Positions 35,101-46,366 of a DNA stretch of 64,000 bases are shown here, piece after piece. The translations under genes were made by a program, and so were the position numbers. Every line of letters starts with the position of its first letter. Position 1 is the first letter of the stretch. The stretch covers positions 806,001 to 870,000 of the forward strand of contig JABVCE010000012.1 of assembly GCA_014905635.1 (NCBI GenBank). Direction: 5' to 3'. The notes under the pieces are model-generated. The model ran no database searches. It was not told the origin of the DNA and was given only the letters and a program-made list of their open reading frames with translations. This DNA comes from Scenedesmus sp. PABB004. Taxonomy: Eukaryota.

Positions 35101-37864
35101 CGCGCCGGCGCAACCTCGCTCCGCCGCTGCCGCCGCGCTCTGTTCAAACGCGCTCGCTGAGACGACTCCTCGACAACGTGTGGCATGCACAGCCAACGAT
35201 GTTGATATGTGTGGCATGCACGGCCGACTCCCGCCGCTGCTGCTCAAAGCCGCACGCGCGGCGTGAACCACAAAACTGCCAAAACCGCGCCGCCCCGCCG
35301 GCGCCGTCCGCGCGCCGCGCGCGATCTTGTACACCGCCGGCGCCGCGTGCGCCTCGCGCGCAATCACTTGTACACCGCCAGCACGCCCGCGCGCGCCTCC
35401 CAGTCCTGCGTCGCGCGCGTCCACACCGCGAGGCCGCCGCTGCGGCCGCGGCCGACCACGATGTCCCGGTCCACGTAGGCGTAGAGGAAGAAAGGGAGCT
35501 TCTTGGCCTCGCTGCGGCGCAGCGCACGGCAGCGTTCAGGCAGGCAGGCAGGCGGCGGCGCGCAGCGAGAGCGGCACGCAGGCCGCGCGCGCCGCGGCGC
35601 GCACGCGGGGTCCATGTCGGCGACGGCCTTGGGCTCCTTCTTGATCGGCCAGCTGAACCGCCACGGCCCGAGGCGCACGTTCATGGCCACGACGTCGAAG
35701 CTCAGCTGCCGGCCGCGCACCGCGTAGGGCCCGTTGAACGTGAGCGACGCGAGCGGGCCGAGGAAGACGCCGTTCTCAAAGTCGGCGCGGGCGGCGTCAA
35801 ACTTCTGCGCGGGCAAGCACGCGCAGCGCGGTCGACAAGCGCAGCGCGGTCAGCAAGCGCAGCGCGGTCAGCAGGCAGGCGCTCGGCGCGCGGGCGGCGG
35901 GGGCGGCCGCGGCGGGCGCGGCGGCCGGCGCCCCGCTGCTCGCCTGGCAGGCGGCGATGGGGAAGTACAGGCCGCCCTTGCTCGGCTGCTGCTTCTTGGC
36001 CGCCGCGACCTGCTTCTCGTTCGCCGTGAAGACGAGGCGCCAGTGCGTGCCCGGCGCCGCCAGCAGCTCCTGCCAGCCGTCGGCCTGCGCGGGCGGGCGC
36101 GGGCACGGGCGCGGCGTGGCGCTCGGCGCTCGGCGGCGCTGCCGCCCGCAACCGCTCGCCCAACCGCCCGCACCGGCAGCTTCTGGGCCTCCAGCTCCAG
36201 CATCGCGCTGAGAACCGCCGGCGGCGGCACGCTGCCGGGCTTGGCCGCCGCCGCCTTGAGCGCGGCGACCGCCCCAGCGTCCGCGGCCACAGCAGCAGCG
36301 CCTGCGCGGCGCGGCGCGGCGCGGCGCGGCTCGGCGGCTGCCCGCGGCGGCGTGCGCGCAGCGCGGACGCTCGGACGCGAGCTCCTGGCGCGCCTGGGAG
36401 CGCGCACCTGCTGCCACGCGCGTCCGCTGGGGCCGGCGCGGCGACCAGGAGATGGCCGACGCCGCACAGCGCCTGCGGTGGCGCAGCGTGCCCGCTCAGC
36501 GCACCACCAGCGACTCTCTGCAGCCGCAGCCGCAGCGTGGGGGGCGTCGGCCGCGCACCTGTGCTGGCCCGCGGCCAGGGGCCGCTGCGCTGTTGCGCCG
36601 GCGGCGAGCATGGCGGCGGGCTGCGGGGCGCGTGTTGGGCTGGGGGGAGGGGAGCAGGGAGCCTGACTGGCCCTGGCCTGGCTGAGGGCCGCTTGAAGGG
36701 CGTGCGCGGCGCCCGAGCTGCCACGGCCCCGCCCTGAACCCCGCGCGCCGCCGCCGCCGCAACGCAGGTGTCGCCGCGCCCGTCACTGTCGACGCGCGCG
36801 GCGCGACCATCCACGAGGGCGTGGAGTGCAACGTCTGCGGCGCCTGCCCCATCGTCGGGCTGCGGCACAAGTCGTACCAGACGCCCGACTACGACGTCTG
36901 CGGCGCCTGCCGCGCCAGCCCCGCGGCGGCGCCGCACGCGCCGTTCCGGTCTATTGGCGAGCGTGGGCGCGGCGGCGCCGGCAGCGGCGCGGGCAGCAGC
37001 GCAGCCGCAGCGGGGCGCGCCGGCGGTGGCGGCAGCTGCGCAGATGCGGCGCCGGGGGCGAGCCCCGGCGCCAAGAAGCAGGCGCAGTCCAGCATCCGGG
37101 CCTGGCTCGGCGTCCCGGACGGCGGCCGCGGCGCCGCCGGCGGCCGCGGTGGCGCGGCCGGCTCCGGCGGGCGCGGCAGCCTCACCGTCCGCGCGCAGCA
37201 GCTGAAGGATGCGGAGCGCCACCGGCCGCTGGCCGAGTGGGTGTGGGCGTACTTCAGCCAGGGCGGCCGGGATGCCGCCGACGCCGCCAACGCCGCCGCC
37301 GCCGACCCCGGCGCCGGCGCCGCCGCCGACGCGCCGCTGGCGAGCCCGCCGAAGCAGCCGCGGCGCGAGAGCCCCGTCGTGCTCACCGGTCGGCCGCCGC
37401 TGTACCTCCAGCACGAGGGCCACAGCCGCACCGTGGTCGGCATCGAGCGCACGCTGCCGCCCGGCGGCCGCGGTGCCGGCGCCGGCGCCGGCGTCGGCGG
37501 CAGCGGCAGCGGCGGGGCCGAGTACAGCCTGATCGTCCTGGACCCCGGCCTGCCCGCCAGCGAGGTGCTCGGCGCGCTCAGGTGCGCCGCGGCAGGGGGT
37601 GGGCGGGACACGCGGCAGCGCCGCGCCGCCGGCCGCCGCCCGGGCCCACGCGCGCGCGCGGCGGCGCCGCCGCCGCCGCCGCCGCCGCCGCGCCGCCGCG
37701 CCGCCAGGAGCGTCAACGGCTGGCAGCGGCGCGTCAAGCGCGGCATGCACAGCCTCGCGCGCCAGGCCGAGTTCCAGGTCGTCGCCGTCGCGCCGGGCGT
37801 GGTGCCGCCGGGCGCGGCGCGTGAGGCGCTGAAGCAGATGCGGGCCGAGGACATCTACAAGTGA
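31812..37864 (+). CDS. ZUP1: ZUP1/ZUFSP-like peptidase C78 (deubiquitinase family) with Zn fingers; contains a 3.46-kb intron at 33308-36767
   Basis: DIGWGCGFRNIQMQ (catalytic Cys), LQAWLEAAWAAGYDPGG, KWIGATEAAALLRSFG; after the long intron HRPLAEWVWAYF, PPLYLQHEGHSRTVVGIE (His) and LIVLDPG (Asp). Confidence 0.9.
33473..35037 (-). CDS. FkbM-family SAM-dependent methyltransferase, nested in the ZUP1-like intron
   Basis: PGDVVLDCGANVGSFA, VYAIEPIP, FVYYPRLTAMSTMYP, VGLLKINVERAEWDVLAGVDDRDWPK, IRQVSAQVHD. Confidence 0.88.
35364..36611 (-). CDS. PAP/fibrillin-like (lipocalin-fold) protein with a transit-peptide-like N-terminus, nested in the ZUP1-like intron
   Basis: VLSAMLELEAQK, HWRLVFTA, ENGVFLGPLASLTFNGP, PFFLYAYVDRDIVVGRGRSGGLAVW; four in-frame introns. 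Confidence 0.75.
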
Positions 37865-38040
37865 GGCGCGGGCGCCTCGTGAGGCACCTCACGGCGCGGC
37901 GCGGGCGTGCGAGCGAGCGGGAGCGCGCGAGCCAGCGAGTGAGCGGCAGCGGGCGAGTGCGCCCGGCGAGCGTGCGAGTGGCGGGCGCGAGCGGCGGCAA
38001 GCGGCGGCTGCGAGGTTCCAGGCAACCGCACGCAGTTGAA

Positions 38041-38110
38041 TGGCTCCAGAGCCGGCGCAACAAGGCTCCCTGGCCGCGCTGCCCCGCGGTGGCGGCACAA
38101 GCCCGCGCGC
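38041..38110 (+). pseudogene. Degenerate fragment of the first exon of the adjacent GH5 gene
   Basis: tggctccagagccggcgcaacaaggc-tccctggccgcgctgc-cccgcggtggcggc aligns, with two deletions, to about 38803-38892; both encode WLQSRRNKA. Confidence 0.6.
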
Positions 38111-38700
38111 GCGCGTACCGGGCGTGCGTTGACCGGCGGCGGCTGCGCTGGAGCTGAGTGCGACCGCTCAGGCCGGGCGCGCCGTGCACGCCCTTGCTCC
38201 GCCCGCCGGCAGCGGCGCGGCAACCGGTCGTCGCAGCGCTGCAGCTCAGGACCGAGCTGGCAGCCGCGCGCAGCGGTCGCCTGCACTGCACGCACGGCCA
38301 GAGAGCTCCTGGCGCGGCCGGTCAGGGGGCTGCGGCTCGGGCGAGCGCGCCCCGGGCAGAGCAGCACCAAAGGCAGCACCCGGCTGGTGAGACGCGCGCG
38401 CGCGCCGGCGCGCAGGCTCCCTGTGCGAGCCCTGGGTCAGGCGCGTCTGCCCCGGGCTGCGCGACGCGCGGCGAGGGCGCGGGGCGGCGGTTGAGCTGCA
38501 CCACCCGCGCCCGGTGACCGCCCCGCCCGCCTCGGCGCGACCACTCTCGGCGCGCCACGGCCCCTCGCTCGCCTCCAGCGGTGCGCCCGTACCTCCACGC
38601 CGGCCTGCGCAGCCAGGAGCGCCGCGCCGCGCGCGCAGCAGGCTCGCGGATCGTTGGCCAGCCCTCGCCGCGCCACGCCTTGAGCCCGGGGGGCGTCCCA

Positions 38701-40245
38701 ATGAGCCAGGCGGACCTCCAGGTGGTGGTGGACGCGGCGGAGCCGGACCTCAAGGCCCCCGCAACGGCCGCCCCGGGCAAGGCCAGCAGCAAGCTCCCCA
38801 GCTGGCTGCAGAGCAGGCGGAACAAGGCCATCGCTGGCTCCCTGGCCGCCCTGCTGCTGGTGCCCGCCATCGTGGCGCCCGCGGTGGTGGCCAGCCAGAA
38901 GCGGGCGGCCAGCCAGTCCCGCCGCAGCAGCAGCCTGGCCGGCTCGGATCTGGACGGTGTGTCCTTCGTCGGCGCCGACGGCGCGCTCGCCACCGACACC
39001 GCGCTCAAGGTGCCGGAGCGGTCGTTCAACAAGACCGCTCCGCGCGTCGCCAAGCGCGCTGAGGTGGTCCCCGAGACCTGGACGCCCTTCGTAAAGATCA
39101 ACGACGGCCAGGTGCGCGCGTGGGAGCCGCCGCGGGGCGAACGGGCGCGCCGGCGCGCGCAGGGGCGGCGATGGCGCCCGCGCATGCCCCGTTCTGCAGC
39201 GAGGCGGGGGCGGCGCAGGCGCGCCGGGGCGCTGCCCGGCAGCTGCGCTGAGGCTAAGCGGTCGCTCCGGGCACGGCCGCGAGGGGCGGGGCGCCGGGTC
39301 ACCTGCGCGGCGTCACCCCGGCGGCGAGGCGCCGGAGCGCTGCCCGCCGAGCCCGCCGCCGCGCGGTCGCCGCCGCAGTTCGACGAGCACTGCCGCCCGC
39401 TGTACCCCGTGGGCTTCAACGCCTTTGAGCTGACCACGCTCGCAGCGAGTGAGCGGCGGGCGCGGCACGCGCGGCGGGCGCAGACGCGGCGCCTGCAGCG
39501 GGCGCGGCAGCAGCGGGCGCGGCAGCAGCGGGCGCAGCTGCAGCGCCTGCAGCCGTGGCAGCAGCAGCCGTGGCAGCAGCAGCGGTGCCAGCAGCACCAG
39601 CGCCCGCAGCAGCCGCCCCTCGCTGCGCCCGCTGACGTGCCCCCCACCCCCATTTCCGCGCGTGCCGCAGCGGGGCGCAAGGATGACGTGGACACCGTCT
39701 TCAAGAACGCCGCCAGCATGGGCATGACCGCCGCACGCACGTGGGCGCACAGCATCAGCGAGCGCTTCCCCTTCCAGGTGCGGCGGACGCCGCGCCCCGC
39801 GCGCGAGGCGGCCGCGCCCAGCAGCGCGGCGCGCCGCGCGCGCGCGCGCGCGCCCCGTGGCCGCGCCCAGGAGCCCCGCGCTGCGCGCGCCCACCGCTGA
39901 CCGCCGCACCCACCTCCGCCGCACCGCGCCGCCGCAGACCGCGCCCGGCAAGTACGACGAGACGGGGCTGGAGGCGCTGGACTATGTGATTGACAGCGCG
40001 CGCCGCCACGGCATCCGGCTGATCCTGTCGTTCATTGACAACTGGAAGTACTACAACGGCGTGGACCAGTACGTCGACTGGTGCGGCCCCGGGCGCACGA
40101 TGCCGCTGCCCAAGGACGCCGGCGGCGACACCGACACGCTGGTGCGCGCGCGCGCGCGCGCGCGCGCGGCGGCCGCGCCGCCCGCCGGGCCCTCCGCCGC
40201 GCCGCGCCGCCGTGCAGCGCGTGGCCGACCCCGCCCCGCTGCTCG

Positions 40246-40298
<53 letters not shown>

Positions 40299-42198
40299 TC
40301 TCTCTCTCTTGCTCTCCCTCCCTCTCTCCCTCTCTCTCTCCCCCTCCCTCCCCCAGGCGCGCACCAAGGAGCAGAACGAGTACGAGACGGTGCGCCACTC
40401 CACGTTCTTCCGCGACGAGGCGTGCAAGAAGCTCTACAAGGACAACGTCGACTTCATCGTCAACCGCAAGAACTCCATCAACGGGTGCGCGACGCCTCCG
40501 CCGCAGCTGCGTCCGCCGCACCTGCGTTCGCCGCGCAGCGCAGCGGCCCCGCGGCCCGGCGCCGCGTGGCCCGGCCCGGCTGTGCCCGCGCCGGCGCGCC
40601 GACCGCGCTCCCCCCCCTGCCGCCGCTGCGCCAGGCTCAAGTACAAGGCCGACCCGACCATCCTCGCGTGGAACCTCATCAACGAGCCGCGCTGCGAGAC
40701 GTGGCGCCCCGAGAACGCCGACTGCCCCGCGCTGCTGTCGGGGTGGTTCAGGGAGATGGCGGAGTATGTGCGCAGCCAGGACCCCAACCACCTCGTCTCC
40801 TCGGGTGCGCGCGGGCGCAGCGGCAGTGACAGTGCACGCGGCGGGGCGCGGCAGCCGGCGGCGGCGGCCCCGCGGCGGCGGCGCCGCGGCGGCCCGCTTC
40901 CGGGCGCCGCCCGGCCAGCCCGGCGCGCCCGCTCACCGCGCCGCGCCGCGCGCCCGCCGCACCCGCCCGGCGCCGCGCGCGCCACAGGCTCGGAGGGCTT
41001 CTTCGGCGCGGGCGACGCCAACCAGGGCAAGAACCCGCGCGACTGGGCGGCGCAGACGGGGCAGAACTTTGTGGACGACAACCGGCACATGGACTTTGCG
41101 GTCACGCACGCGTGGCCCGACAACTGGGAGATGTGAGCGCCCCCGCGCCGCGCGGCAGCGGCTGGCGCACGGGCGCGCCGCGCGGCGGGCGCTGGGCGGC
41201 GGTCGGCGACGGGCGCGCGCGCGGCGCCGGCCCCGCGCCTCACTCCGCCGCCACGCCGCGCGCCGCAGCCCCGACGACCAGCAGGGCGGCTTCCTGCGCG
41301 AGTGGCTGAACAGCCACCTCGAGGCGGCGGACAGCATCGGCAAGCCGCTGCTGTTTGAGGAGTTTGGGAAGAAGCTGGACAACGCCGACGCGGGGTCGAT
41401 CCGGGAGCTGCGCGACCCCGTGTACGCCGCGTCCTTTGCGGCGGTGCAGAGCGCGGTCGAGGAGAACAAGCCCCTGCTCGGCAGCCTCTACTGGAAGTGG
41501 GCCGTGCCGGGCCTGCCCAAGGGTGCGCGTGAACGCGCGCGCGCGCGCGCCGCCGCCCGCCCGCCGCGCGCGCCCGCCCGCCCGCCCCCTCCACCCACCC
41601 ACCCACCCGCACGCACACCCGCCCGCGCCTGGCAGGCCCGTACGACGTGGAGCTGGACGACTCGACCATGGACGTCATCCGCAGCCACGCCGGCATCATG
41701 CACCGCCTCGTAAACGCCATCCCGCCCCGCCCCGGCTGCGTGCTGCCCGCGTCGCCCGACAAGGTCCTCGGCGCATGGTTCGCCTCCAGCAGGTGCGCGC
41801 CGCCGCCGCGCCCGCGCCCGCGCCCCCGCGCCCGCGCAGGCCGCTCTCTTTCTCTCCGCCTGCGCGCCCGCCGCCGCCGCCGCCGCCGCGCCGCGCCGCG
41901 CCGCTCACGCTCTCCGCCCCGCGCCCGCCGCCGCCCGCGCGCCGCGCGACCGCGCGCAGCGCCGGACGCCAAGAGCGGGCGCGGGTGCGTGAACGCGCCG
42001 GAGGTGTCGCTCGCCTATTATTCCCTCTTCGGCCCCGCTGGCGTGCCGACCGCGACGCCCAAGGAGCTGGGGCTGAGCAGCGCGTCGGTCGCGTACGCCA
42101 AGGCGCTGCACGAGGGCCAGGTCTACGTGTTCCCGACCAAGGCCGACTGCTGCCGCGCGGGCGGGCTCGGCGCGTACCCCGGCGGCTGCACGATCTAG
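38701..42198 (+). CDS. GH5 endo-beta-1,4-mannanase-like protein, copy A (N-terminal membrane anchor)
   Basis: GFNAFEL, ARTWAHS, LILSFIDNWKYYNGVDQYVDW, TILAWNLINEPRC (acid/base Glu), THAWPDNW, KPLLFEEFGKK (nucleophile Glu). Confidence 0.92.
40250..40345. repeat. (CT)n microsatellite in an intron
   Basis: Long tctctc tract just before the 3' splice site. Confidence 0.9.
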
Positions 42199-42240
42199 GC
42201 TAGGGCTCGGCGCGTACCCCGGCGGCTGCACGATCTAGGC
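42163..42240 (+). repeat. 38-bp exact direct repeat spanning the GH5-A stop codon
   Basis: gggctcggcgcgtaccccggcggctgcacgatctaggc at 42163-42200 and 42203-42240, separated by TA. Confidence 0.95.
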
Positions 42241-43848
42241 GGCTGGCGGCGGCGCCGGCGCGGGGAGCGCGGCGGCGGCGCGGGGAGCGCGGCGGCGCGG
42301 CGCGGGGAGCGCGGCGGCGCGGCGCGGCGCGGCGGCGCGGCGCGGCGGCGCGGCGCGGCGCGGCCCGGCGCTGCAGGCCGCAGCGCGCGGGCGGCGCGCG
42401 CCGGCTGCTTGGGTGGGGCGGGTTTGGGGCGCCTGCGGGGAGGGGCGGTCCGCGTGGTGGTGTGGTGCATTCCTTGCCGCCAGCCCGCCAGCGCCTGCGC
42501 GCTGGCGGGCGCCCGCCGCCGTGCGCGCGCGCAGCGTGTGTCGGCGCGGCGCCGGCCCGCACGCTGGGCGGCGCCGCGCGTGGCCCTAGCCGTTCTGCAG
42601 ACGGCGCGTGTGGGTGTGTGTGTGGCCGGCCCGTGACAACCCGGGGGCCCGCACTGTTGTGCACAGTGTGCAGCAGCGCTCAGAAACTGTGCCAACCTTG
42701 CTCAACGCATGCGCTCGCCAGGTGATAGGGGCGGGGGCGACAGGCAAGGGGCCAGGGGCAGGACACCGGGCGGGGCGGCGGCGCGGGGGAGAGGGGGTTC
42801 AGGCCAGGCACTCCCCCACTGTACAGATGCATGCCAGAGCGCGAGACTGCAGTGCCGCCGCGCGCCCTGTGCCGGGCGGCGGCGATGATGACGTGTAGTG
42901 TGTGCAGGCCCCCAGGGCGCGCCGCGCCTGGGCCGTAGGACTCTCTCCGCGCGCCTGCCTGTGCAGGCGCCGGCAGCGGCGCGCGCGCGGCGTGCGTGCC
43001 TTGACCCGGGCCCCCGGCGCGGGGGCGGCCGGCGGCGGCGGTGGGTGGGCGGCGCCCAGCAGCCCACCCACATAGCGCGCCGCCGCCGGCAGATATCGCC
43101 CTCGCGCCGCGGGTCGAGGTCGGGTCAAGGCACCCTCGCGGCGCTCGCAGGACACACAGCCGCGCGCAACGCATGCCCGCATGCGCTGCGATGCGACCTG
43201 GTAACCCCGTGCTCGTGGCGTGCTTGCGGCTTGCGGCGCGCGTGCGGACGGGCGCCGGCCGCCGCAGCGCGCGCCGGCGCGGACCGCCGCTGCCGCCGCC
43301 GCCCAGCGTCGGGCCCAGCGTCGGTGGAGCAATCCCACGTGCGGCAGCAGTGCAGGAGCCGTGCTGGGCGCGGGCGCGCGAGCTGCTGCGCGAGGCCAGC
43401 CTGGCGAGCGCACCAGCAGCTCCCCCGCCGCGTGCAGAGTGCGCGGGCGGCCACGGGCAGCGCTCCACACCCTATGTTCAGCAAAGACCGTGCCGAGGCG
43501 ACGCCTGGCGCGCCCGCGCCCGCACACTGCGACGGTTGCGCGCTGGCCGCCCCCCGCGCTGCCGCCCCGGGCGCTCCGCGCCATCGGCGCCCCCGCGCGC
43601 GCCGCCCGGCCCACTGTCGCGTCGCGAGCGAGTCGCCAGTAGAGCCAGCGCAGGCCCCCGCCGCCCGCCACACACCCGCCAGCCGCGGCAGTTGTTTGCC
43701 CCGCCTGCGCCGTCGCCGGTGCCCGCGCGCGCCCGCCCGCCCGGCGGAGGCTCTCCCGCGGCGTCGCGTAGCTCCCCGCGGAGCGGCGCGAGGCGCGGAG
43801 GCGCACACACCGGGGGCAGCCCCAGCCAGCGCCGGCGCCCCGGCCGCC

Positions 43849-46332
43849 ATGGCCGCGCAGGACGTCGAGGGCGGGCCGCAGAAGCCGGCGCAGAAGCCGG
43901 CGTCGCCCCCGCGGCCGCCCAGCCCGCACGTCCCGCGGCTCTTCGCGGTGCTGGCCATCGTGCTGCTGCTGGCCATCCCCATCGCGGTGCCCATCGCGGT
44001 CATGAAGGCCACCGGCACCTCGGGGCGGCGCTGGGTGGAGCTCTCCGACGCCATCGAGGGCCCGCCGCCCGTGGAGGCGGTGGCCAACGAGGAGGTCACC
44101 CGGGAGGAGGTGAAGGAGTCGTTCCTCAAGGTCAACGGCAAGAACGTGAGCCCCCACCGCCCACGCCGCGCCGCGCCGGGGCGCGCCGCGCGCGCGCCGA
44201 CCGCAGCGCCCGGGCGCAGCATGCGCGCGCGCAGCGGGCGGTGCGCCGGGGCGCCCTGCGGCGCGCCCGCGCGGCGCCCCGGCGGGCCCGGAGCCTGACC
44301 AGCGCGATGCGACCGGCCGCGCCGCCCGGGGGCGCGCGCACGGCCCGGCGCGACCGCCGCGCGGCGGCGGCCAACCGCTGAGCGCTCGCGCGCGCCGCCG
44401 CCGCGCTCGCGCGCGCAGTTTGAGCGCTTCTGCCGGCCCTACTACACGGCCGGCTTCAACGCCTACGAGCTGGTGGAGGCGGCCATGGTGTCGCGGCGCG
44501 CGGAGACCGTCGGTGCGCACCGCGGCGCGGCGCGCTCGCAGCAGCAGCGCAGCCCGCGGGCGGGCGCGGTCGGCGGCGCACTCTGTGGCGGAGCAGCCGG
44601 AGCGCCAGCTGGTGGGGCAGTCGGCAGCGGCGGCCAGAGCGCCGGCTGGCGGGGCAGTCGGCGGCGGCGGCGGCTGGGGCGGCAGCAGAAGCAGCCAGCG
44701 CCGCCGCAGCAGCGGCAGCGGCAGCAGCGGCAGCAGCAGCAGGCAGCGGCAACAGCAGCAGCAGCAGGCAGGGGCAGGCCTTCGCGCGCGCGCGCGGCCC
44801 GCCCACGCCTGCCTCGCCCTTGCCGCCGCGCAGGCGACCGCTCCGGCGCGCAGATCATCGACGACACGCTGCGCCAGGCCGCGGCGCGCGGCATCAACAC
44901 CGTGCGCATGTGGGCGCACACCACCACCTCGCTCTACCCCTTCCAGGTGCGGCGCGGCGCCCCGCGGCAGCCGCGGCAGCGGGCTCTCTGCAGCAGGGCG
45001 CTGCAGCGGGGCTCCGCAGATGGCAGGCGGGGCTCCCGCCGGCCCGCGCGCGGCCCGCGGCGTGGCTGCCGCGCCTCACCCCGCCCCCGACCCCGCCGCC
45101 GCCGCGACGCCCGCGCGTGCGCGCGCGCGCCAGGTGTCGCCGGGCAAGTATGACGAGCGCGGCCTCAAGTCGCTCGACTTTGTGCTCGAGGTGGCGCGCA
45201 AGTACGGCCTCCAGGTGCGACCCGCCCGCCCCGGACGGCCGCCGCGCCCGCCGCTGCGCCTCTGCAGCCGCGCCGCGCCTCTGCGGCCGCGCGCGGGACG
45301 CCCGCTCACGCGCGCCCGCGCCCCGCCTGCCCTCCCTCCCTTAGGTGGTGCTGTCGTTCATCGACAACTGGAAGTACTACAACGGCGTGGACCAGTACGT
45401 CGACTGGTCGGGCACCGCGCCCAACCGCACCATGGCCTCGCCCTTCAAGGACCTCGTCGGCGACCCGACCGCCGCCATCTACGGCACCGGTGCGCGACGC
45501 CCGCGCCGCCCCGCACCCACGCCGTGCCGCGCCGCCGCCGCTGCGCGCTGCGCGCCGCGCCCTCCCTCCCACGCGCCCCCGCCCCTCCCACCCACACCTG
45601 CTGCCCTGTCCGCCGCATGCCTCCCCCCCCCCCCGCACAGGCCAGGAGGGCGAGGACCTCAAGCGCTACGAGACGGAGCGCCACGCGCTCTTTTTCAGCG
45701 ACCCCGACGCGCGCCGCATCTACAAGAACCACGTTGCCTTCCTCATCAACCGCAACAACTCCATCAACGGGTGCGCACACACACCGCGCGTCGCGCCTGG
45801 GCCTGGGCCGGCCTGGGCTGGGCTGGGCTGGCCCGGCCGCCGCCTGGGCTGGGCTGGGCTGGCCGCGGCCTGGCCGCCGCCGCTGCGCGCTGGCCGGGCC
45901 GCCGCGCGCCAGCCTCGCGCCTCCCGCCTCCCGCCTCACGCCTCCCGCTCTCTGCCCCGCCCTCGCCCGCCCCGCCCGCCCCGCCGCCTCCCGCCAGGCG
46001 CGTGTACCGCGACGACCCCACGATCATCGCGTGGAACCTCATCAACGAGCCGCGCTGCGAGTCGTGGCTCGCGGCCAACAAGGACTGCAACAAGCGCTTC
46101 CAGGCGTGGCTGAGCGAGATGTCGACCCACGTGCGCAGCCTCGACCCGAACCACCTCATCACGATCGGCTCGGAGGGCTTTTACGGCGACTCGACGCCGC
46201 AGCTCATGCAGTACAACCCCCAGGTGCGCGGGGGCTGCGGAGACCGGCGCTGGCGGCCCAACCTCGCCGTGGCGGAGGGGCTGCCGCCTGGGGGGCTGGC
46301 GGGCTCGCCGCGCGCGCACGGTGTCGTGACCC

Positions 46333-46366
<34 letters not shown>

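Noticed and set aside
36821..37864. Stand-alone ZZ-finger gene
   Set aside because: No ATG start; it is preceded by an in-phase acceptor and supplies the missing half of the upstream C78 domain
43470..43540. Possible second GH5 exon-1 relic (gttcagcaaagaccg...)
   Set aside because: Similarity too short to distinguish from chance
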